NCBI GenBank assembly: GCA_964016885.1
Contig: OZ024740.1
Coordinates: 400,086,001-400,150,000, forward strand
DNA: 64,000 nt
Reading direction: 5' to 3'
DNA from: Eledone cirrhosa
Taxonomy: Eukaryota
In this document: in pieces, positions 56,381 to 64,000 of the stretch
Numbering within the stretch: position 1 is the stretch's first letter
Layout of the letters: each line of letters opens with the position of its first letter
Program-made: the position numbers and the translations under genes
Notes under the pieces: model-generated
The model's input: the letters and a program-made list of their open reading frames with translations, nothing else
Databases searched by the model: none
What the model was told of the DNA's origin: nothing

Positions 56381-58400
56381 GTAGAACACTGGAAGGTAAT
56401 ATCCGTAGTGGTAGAGCACTCAGTCCATGGGACAAGTTAGGTAGAAGTGGTTACACAACAGTTAGTTCGCCATACCGAGAACAATTGTTTCACCTTAGCA
56501 GATCCTCAGCTCGTAATGGATATGGTTATACGGAACAGGAAGGACAACCGTACGAACGCGCATGCGTAGAAACGATCACTTCACACAGGCAATACTAAAA
56601 TGCGTGCGAGAGGTGTAATGGAGATAACTGCGAAAGTCCGAAAAATTTCTAGTTGATAAGAAAATTAGGATGTTGTTGTAACTCAATCCGGAGCTTTAGT
56701 TACGTAAGAGGTGTTTCGAGACGTGTGGAGATCGTGTGAAGAATTAATTTCTCGTGTTTAGGCAATCGCTATTGTGTAATCTCTTTAGAATATTTATTCG
56801 TTCATCAATACATAGTCCACACGACGGATTTCCCCCTGTGTATGGCTTGGACTTAGTGATGGCTTTCCATTGAATGGAGTAGTCTATACTTGAGTCCTTG
56901 AGGGACCATACGTGGGTCGCGAGTTTCGTGGATGAACGTCTGTCCGGGTACCTAAAGGTCGACTGGTGGTTCAGGAAGCGTTCCTTAAATCGGCCCTCCG
57001 CCGTAGCCACATAGGATTTTACCTCCTGTGGTTGATTTTGTCGGTTGGAAGTGACCACAGCTTCATAAACTACAGCGGGTGTGTTGCATTGCTGTTGAAG
57101 GGGACAAGCTTCAGGCTTACGGCAAAAGCACCCTGGTGGGGTGCTGCTCTTAGGGCTGTTAGTGATGTGGGCCTTCATGTTTTTAGCGCATGAGTATCCT
57201 AGTTTTACTTTGTGTCGGTTAAAGATGGAGCGGCATTTATGACCTATGGGAAAGTGTCTATCTACGAGGGCTAGAAATTGTTTGCCTACATTGGTTTTAA
57301 CGTTGAGTGAGGAGGGAGGAGAGAACCAGATAGTTTGTCTATTGTTACGCTTTCTTTTCTTATTGCTGTTGTTGATAATGGGAGAGTAAGTGATAGGTTG
57401 TGAGAAGTCGCTGTTAGCTAATGCTGTGTTATAGTAGGGTGCTGCCCTGTCAAAGATAGCCTTATTAGAGGAGAGGTTTGAGATTCTAGTACTGATATTA
57501 TTAACGAAGTTTCTAAAAAACAGTGGGAGGGTGGCATGAGTCCTTGTGAATGTAATTGAGTTTTTCGTTTAGCTTATGGAAGGTTCTGTAGGTGTGTGTG
57601 CGAAGGTCTAAATTAATGTCTAAGAAATCTTTGCTAGAGAGGTTGGTAGCTACTGTTATCCTAAGTCCTAACTCATTGAAGGTAGAAGCTACACCCCACC
57701 AGGGTGCTCTTGCCGTAAGCCCGAAGCTTGTCCCATTCAACAGCAATGTAACACACCCGCTGTAGTTTATGAAGCTGTGGTCACTTTCAACCGACCAAAT
57801 CAACCACAGGAGGTCAAATCCTATGTGGGTATGGCGGAGGAGGGCCGATTTAAGGAACGCTTCCTGAACCACCAGTCAACCTTTAGGTACCCGGACAGAC
57901 GTTCATCCACGAAACTCGCGAGCCACGTATGGTCCCTCAAGGACTAAAGTATAGGCTACTGCATTCAATGGAAAGCCATCACTAAGTCCAAGCCATACGC
58001 AGGGGGAAATCCGTCGTGTGGACTATGTATTGATGAACGAATAAATATTCTAAAGAGATTACGCAATAGCGATTGTCTAAACACGAGAAATTAATTCTTC
58101 ACACGTTGTCCACACGTCTCGAAACACTGCTTACGTAACTACAAAGCTCCGGTTTGAATTACAACAACATCCTTATTTTCTTATCAACTAGAAATTTTTC
58201 GGACTTTCGCAGTTATCTCCCTTACACCTCTCGCACGCATTTTAGTATTGCCTGTGTGAAGTGATCGTTTCTGCGCATGCGCGTTCGTACGGTTGTCCTT
58301 CCTGTTCCGTATAACCATATCCATTACGAGCTGAGGATCCGCTAAGGTGAAACAATTGTTCTCGGTATGCTGAACTAACTGTTGTGTAACCACTTCTATC
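56377..58400 (-). mobile_element. Penelope-like element (WFSPP type): RT thumb, linker and GIY-YIG, with ~700-bp inverted duplication
   Basis: Minus frames read DFLDINLDL...YIHKDSCHPP...IWFSPP...CFCRKPEACPLQQQC...VVYEA...SYV...FKERFLNHQSTF...CGLCIDE. Arms 56442-57143 and 57692-58398. HHRs at 56476-56513 (-) and 58327-58364 (+); the + copy reads cgag-CTGAGGA-T-cc(gctaa)gg-T-GAAA-CAATTG-TT-ctcg. Tail 56377-56441. Confidence 0.92.
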
Positions 58401-58558
58401 TATATATATTACATTCAAAGTTAAAGATGTCATGTTTGAGATAAACTCGAACATGTGTTTTATCTCCCAAAATAAACTCAAAGAAGAAATTCAAAGAATA
58501 CGAGCATTTAATCATTACAAAATAGTGAATGAAATAATTGTGAAATACATAAATATGT

Positions 58559-58752
58559 GATAATTGTTTCTACTTTTGGCACAAGGCCAGCAAATACCCA
58601 GTACATTACTGGTACTTTATTTTATCGACCCCGTAAGGATGAAAAGCAAAGTTAACCTCGGCGGGATTTGAACTCAGACCATAAATGGCCGTAACTCTTT
58701 TCTGCAAATCATGGTGTCCGACTCTCTACCGATACTGCCAATCCAACGCCCT
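58559..58752 (-). mobile_element. SINE S1
   Basis: Matches 1587-1771. Confidence 0.88.
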
Positions 58753-59225
58753 GTAAATACGTAATAATATAAATGTACAATAGTACATATCAAACTCTAA
58801 CAAGAGAAATCTGTATAGAATGTAAGTATACATAGTTCGTTAGTCTCATATTAAAATTTAACAAAATTTTAAAATATAGATACTTGATAAAAATCATATA
58901 TATTTCCCTCATATGTATCCTTCACAAATCATGAATACATTTCACCAAATATCGGTGCAGTTAGATAATCGATCTGGATCTTCAGTGAGAGTATCGATCT
59001 ATCTAAACTAATACCCGTTAACATACAGAACTGAAGACGACCAGAGAAGCACATGGTATTATTCAATGACATGAACGGTTTCACTCCAACTAGAAATAGC
59101 AGTTTAACCTCTCAACATATTAACAGCTCAACCAAGTAGGAGCATAAATAAATTATATATATTAGATTCAAAGTTATAGATGTCATGTTTGAGATAATGT
59201 GTCTTGTCTCCCAAAATAAGCTCAA

Positions 59226-59295
<70 letters not shown>

Positions 59296-59296
<1 letters not shown>

Positions 59297-60024
59297 GACG
59301 TAAAATAAGAAAACTAATTAGTTGGAGTGAAATTTTAGTAAGTAAGTTAATTTTTATAATTTTCTTATTTTACGTCTTTCATATAATTGTTCTACATCCC
59401 CTTGCATTGAACCACAAAGTTACTAAGACAAAACCTATATATTTGCTAGCATAGGTATGCATCGGTATATATATGTTGGTAGATATAGTAATTCTTTATA
59501 ATTATCTCCAAATTATATTGTTGAGCAAAAATTTTCCAAAACTGCTACTATAGTTCATAGTAATGGCTCGGATACTGTCTTTTTAACACCCCACTCCTCA
59601 CTGATTAACCTCGATGTCACGTGATTGATTCTTTTGAATTTGTCACCGACCAAGTAGGCAGTGATTCTTTCAATGTCTTGGAATTTAGTCCACGCTTGCT
59701 TTTTTTCCATCCACTGAATTATTTTTGTATAAGTTCCCTGTGTCCACGCATCGCCTGGTAACTTAGCTGAGAACAGACTTCCTGATGACGAAACGGCTTC
59801 TCCATGCTTTCCATTTGGAAACCATGTTTATTCCCTTTCAAAAACTAATTAGTTGCAGTGAAATTTTAGTAAGTAAGTTAATTTTTAGAATTTTATTATT
59901 TTACGTCTTTCATATAATTGTTCTGCATCCCCTTGCATTGAACCATAAAGTTACTAAGACAAAACCTATATATTTGCTAGCATAGGTATGCATCTGTATA
60001 TATATGTTGGTAGATATACTAATT

Positions 60025-60030
<6 letters not shown>
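59296..60030 (+). repeat. Diverged relative of the 544-bp HHR tandem (period ~531 bp, 1.3 units)
   Basis: aaaactaattagttg(g/c)agtgaaatttt occurs at 59310 and 59841. The HHR at 59777-59859 has GAAA>AAAA. An 18-bp inverted start agacgtaaaataagaaaa is present, and the copy lies in (TA)n. Confidence 0.85.
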
Positions 60031-60094
<64 letters not shown>

Positions 60095-60157
60095 TACATA
60101 CATACATACATATGTATATATACACACACACACATATATATATCTCTAGGGCTGGTA

Positions 60158-60195
<38 letters not shown>

Positions 60196-60552
60196 CTAGG
60201 GCTGGTAAAATTCCCGAGATCCATGGACGAGTTCTCTCCAGCGGTCTCTGTCCCTCATTATTGCTGCCATCTCCTGCGTCTCCAACAGACCAGTGTCTGT
60301 CCTTAGGGCATCAACATACGTTAACCTTGGTCTTCCTCTTCCAGTGTGTCCATGTAGGGGCTCCCACAGGAGTACTGGGTGCAGTGTCAACTCTGGATGT
60401 CGGTGAGTATGTCCAGCTAACCTCAGTCTTCTCTGTGTCACTTTTGAGCTGACTTTTGGGAGGCTCCCATACAGCTCTGAGTTTTTCATCCTCAGTGTCC
60501 AAGTCTCAGACCCGTACAGCAGCACAGCCTCCACTACAGCAATGAAGAGGCA
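60196..60552 (-). mobile_element. RTE-group LINE 3' fragment
   Basis: VEAVLLYGSETWTL...LYGSLPKVS...RRLRLAGH...LLWEPLHG...GRPRLTYVDAL...DRDRWR. An internal deletion follows WTL. Confidence 0.85.
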
Positions 60553-60555
60553 GAT

Positions 60556-60657
<102 letters not shown>

Positions 60658-60667
60658 CATACATACA

Positions 60668-60730
<63 letters not shown>

Positions 60731-61482
60731 ATTTATATGTCAGGTTGCTCTTCAGCGCTACTGATAACACGTAACCCAGTGCAACCAGTGCATATATATA
60801 TATATAATCAAGGGTTAGCAAATAAGAAAAAGTTTTTAAATAAATTAAAAAGAATTCACTGTATCTCCTGTAGTTACCCTTACCGTACGGTTTCAAGTCT
60901 CAAAAATAAATGGATAGTCCTTACGGACATCCATTTAAAAGAAAGACTCTCGTCAGAGGGTTCTTTTTCACTCAGAGAATATAAAATTCCCGAGCTCAAA
61001 TTACGAACTGGCGCTATTCAAAATTGTTCCCGAGATGAGAGTGAATGATATAGAAGCAATTCTGTCCAGTGCCGTGTGCAAAGATAGAAGGTAGAGGCGG
61101 AAAGGTCAATCCACTGCCACTAGAAATAGAAGTAGTCAAAACAACCAAAATGTTATCTCGACCAGGGGAGATTAATAATAATAAAGTATATATCCCTACA
61201 TGCAAAATACATATAGGGACACATGTATTATCCAACTATATGCCAATGTGGTTCTATGATATATATATATATATGTATATATATAGTGATTTCCATTTGT
61301 TTGTGGTGGGGCTGGAAACAGAACACAGTGTGAGAACCTATCTTAAACTTTTGTTTTATTTTCATTGTTCAATACGCACACACACCCACACACGCATGCA
61401 GTTGTTCGACCAGCTCCATTCAGACTAGTGAAATTAATCTGTAACCCACTGAGTGCTCCACATACATACATCGCACATACAT

Positions 61483-61530
<48 letters not shown>

Positions 61531-61555
61531 TCAGCGAGAATCGTATTTCGGCTGG

Positions 61556-61600
<45 letters not shown>

Positions 61601-61618
61601 TTATTGTATAGAAGGAGC

Positions 61619-61698
<80 letters not shown>

Positions 61699-61716
61699 TT
61701 ATTGTATAGAAGGAGC

Positions 61717-61791
<75 letters not shown>

Positions 61792-61805
61792 CATATATAC
61801 ATATA

Positions 61806-61935
61806 TACCTACCTACCTCCCTACCTACCTCCCTACCTACCTACCTCCCTACCTACCTACCTACCTTCCTACCTACCTACCTACCTACCTACCTACCTAC
61901 CTACCTATCTACCTACATACATACCTACCTACCAA
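61806..61935. repeat. (CTAC)n microsatellite
   Basis: Direct reading. Confidence 0.95.
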
Positions 61936-62780
61936 CCAACATACATACATACACATATACATGCATAAATACACCATACAAACACCTGCATAACAGACAT
62001 GTTATTGTACAGCTCGTCTTGGAATGTTATTTCATTTATCGACCTCTAGGTGATGAAAGATAAAGTTGACTTTGGCATTAGTTTAATTCTGAACAAATAT
62101 CGAGAGGCATTCTATCCGATCTCTTTAACATTACACCAAAACATATTAACAGAAACAGACCACATAAAATACAAAAAAAGTCTCTGGATACCCCCACCCC
62201 CCCAAAAAAAATCCCGGATAAACATACTGCACCCGTTTATTTCTCCGTAAATAATAACTATCTACTTGAATGGACGATGATGTTCAAATCCTGATTTGAA
62301 AAACTTCACTACCTGGTGCTATTAAGTTAGACATGGTTTGAGCAAATACTGGCCGAATCCTGTCAAAGTTATTAAAGTTATCCACCGCTCTAACGGCTCT
62401 TCTAACTTGCTATGTTCGGTGTATTAACAGTTGTATATTAATTTTATTTTATTCATCTGCTTTTACTTATATATGGATATACAGTATACTTATGTGTTAA
62501 AGTAAGAGGATATTTAAGTGTGTAATCCATAAAATATATACATATACATGTGCGGAAATTTAGAGCGTTCTAAATGAGGCGCAACGTCGTAGAACGGTCC
62601 GCTTGCATTATGAAAATGTATTTAGTTATTAATGAAAGTATATAAGGTTTAATTTCTACCTGTAGATTCTATACATTTTCTCTTTCTTTACTCTCTTTGG
62701 TTACACATGTTCCCATTTAATGAACATATATATATTGGATATTCTACCTCCCTAATTAAGAAAAATCGTATGTATATATC

Positions 62781-62822
<42 letters not shown>

Positions 62823-63067
62823 GAATATATATATATATATATATATACATATATATGTATATATATATATATGTATATATATATATGTATGTGTGTGTGT
62901 GTGCGTGTGTGCGTGTGTGTGTAGGTATGTATGTTTGCAAGTAGGGGTAATTTTTCTAAATGTATTCATTCAAATATGCTCTTAAATTACTGAGCCTTAC
63001 ATACACATTTATGTACGCATGTACATACACATGTATGTATGTATATATGTATATATATATATATATA

Positions 63068-63115
<48 letters not shown>

Positions 63116-63139
63116 CATATTATATATATCTATATCATA

Positions 63140-63176
<37 letters not shown>

Positions 63177-63243
63177 TATATATATATCTATATCATATAT
63201 ATGTATATATATATATATACATATTATATATATCTATATCATA

Positions 63244-63306
<63 letters not shown>

Positions 63307-63319
63307 TATATATACATAT

Positions 63320-63522
63320 ACATTCATTTTAAGACTGAATAGTGAGTCTTGTTACTCTGGAGTTTCGCCAGTTTACCACAAGGTCATCAGATGACCCTGT
63401 AATAAACTGGCGAAACTCCAGAGTAACAAGACTCACTATTTACTCTTAATTAAATGAATATTAAAACTCTACTCTGGTATTTAGTACACCTTTCTCTCAG
63501 CCGTCAACCTCGTGTAAATATT
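63320..63522 (+). mobile_element. Fold-back pLTR mini-element with hammerhead core at the turn
   Basis: Palindrome centred on ggtcatcagatgacc. Minus arm: CTGATGA-cc...gg-c-GAAA-ctc(ca)gag-TA-acaag. Tail ~63460-63522. Confidence 0.75.
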
Positions 63523-63701
63523 TAAATATGTATGTTAGTATGAATGTAAGCATGAATTTATCTTTATTATTTGCGCTTTATACAGGAGAGGTTACTGCTT
63601 TTTAATTTACATACATACGTACTCACACACACACAAATACGCACACACCCATTTATATATATATATATATATGTATGAATATATATATATATATATATAT
63701 A

Positions 63702-63737
<36 letters not shown>

Positions 63738-63756
63738 TATATATATATATATATGA

Positions 63757-63846
<90 letters not shown>

Positions 63847-64000
63847 CTGTGTGTGTATGCATGTGTATGCGTGTGTGTGTGTATGTCTCTGCGTTGATGA
63901 GTGTATGTATGAGTCTGTGAGAGTAGAGTACATATGTGCACAGAATAAATTTTGCTTGACGAAACAGGAAATTATGAACCAAACATGGTTTTCCTCTCCG

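Noticed and set aside
60860-61250. Coding-looking stretch as a host exon
   Set aside because: Broken frames, no recognisable domain and no convincing splice signals; it may be a decayed transposon ORF.

Overview
This is a repeat-saturated, AT-rich animal genomic window; cephalopod/Octopus-like is inferred from the SINE and PHD-finger RTE LINE content. No host protein-coding exon could be supported, and most ORFs in the track are translations of (TA)n, (CA)n, (GA)n and (CATA)n microsatellites. All real coding traces are transposon-derived. These are a hAT transposase fragment, two Naiad-type and two or three other Penelope-like RT/GIY-YIG copies, and CRE, R4/Dong, HERO and RTE LINE fragments; about 14 copies of one non-coding tRNA-derived SINE are also present. 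The main hidden signal is RNA structure. I could fold by eye about 25 type I hammerhead ribozyme (HHR) motifs, intact or degenerate, from at least ten sequence families. Most lie in fold-back Penelope pseudo-LTR elements inserted into (TA)n tracts. They share a conserved ACTC...GAGTR tail hairpin and several recurrent non-canonical cores (U3-A8, U10.1-U11.1, CUGAAUGA). A 544-bp tandem HHR repeat at 48.1-49.3 kb, with a relative at 59.3-60.0 kb, has the layout of a retrozyme/circular-RNA precursor. All alignments and folds were done by eye, so coordinates are approximate to a few bases.
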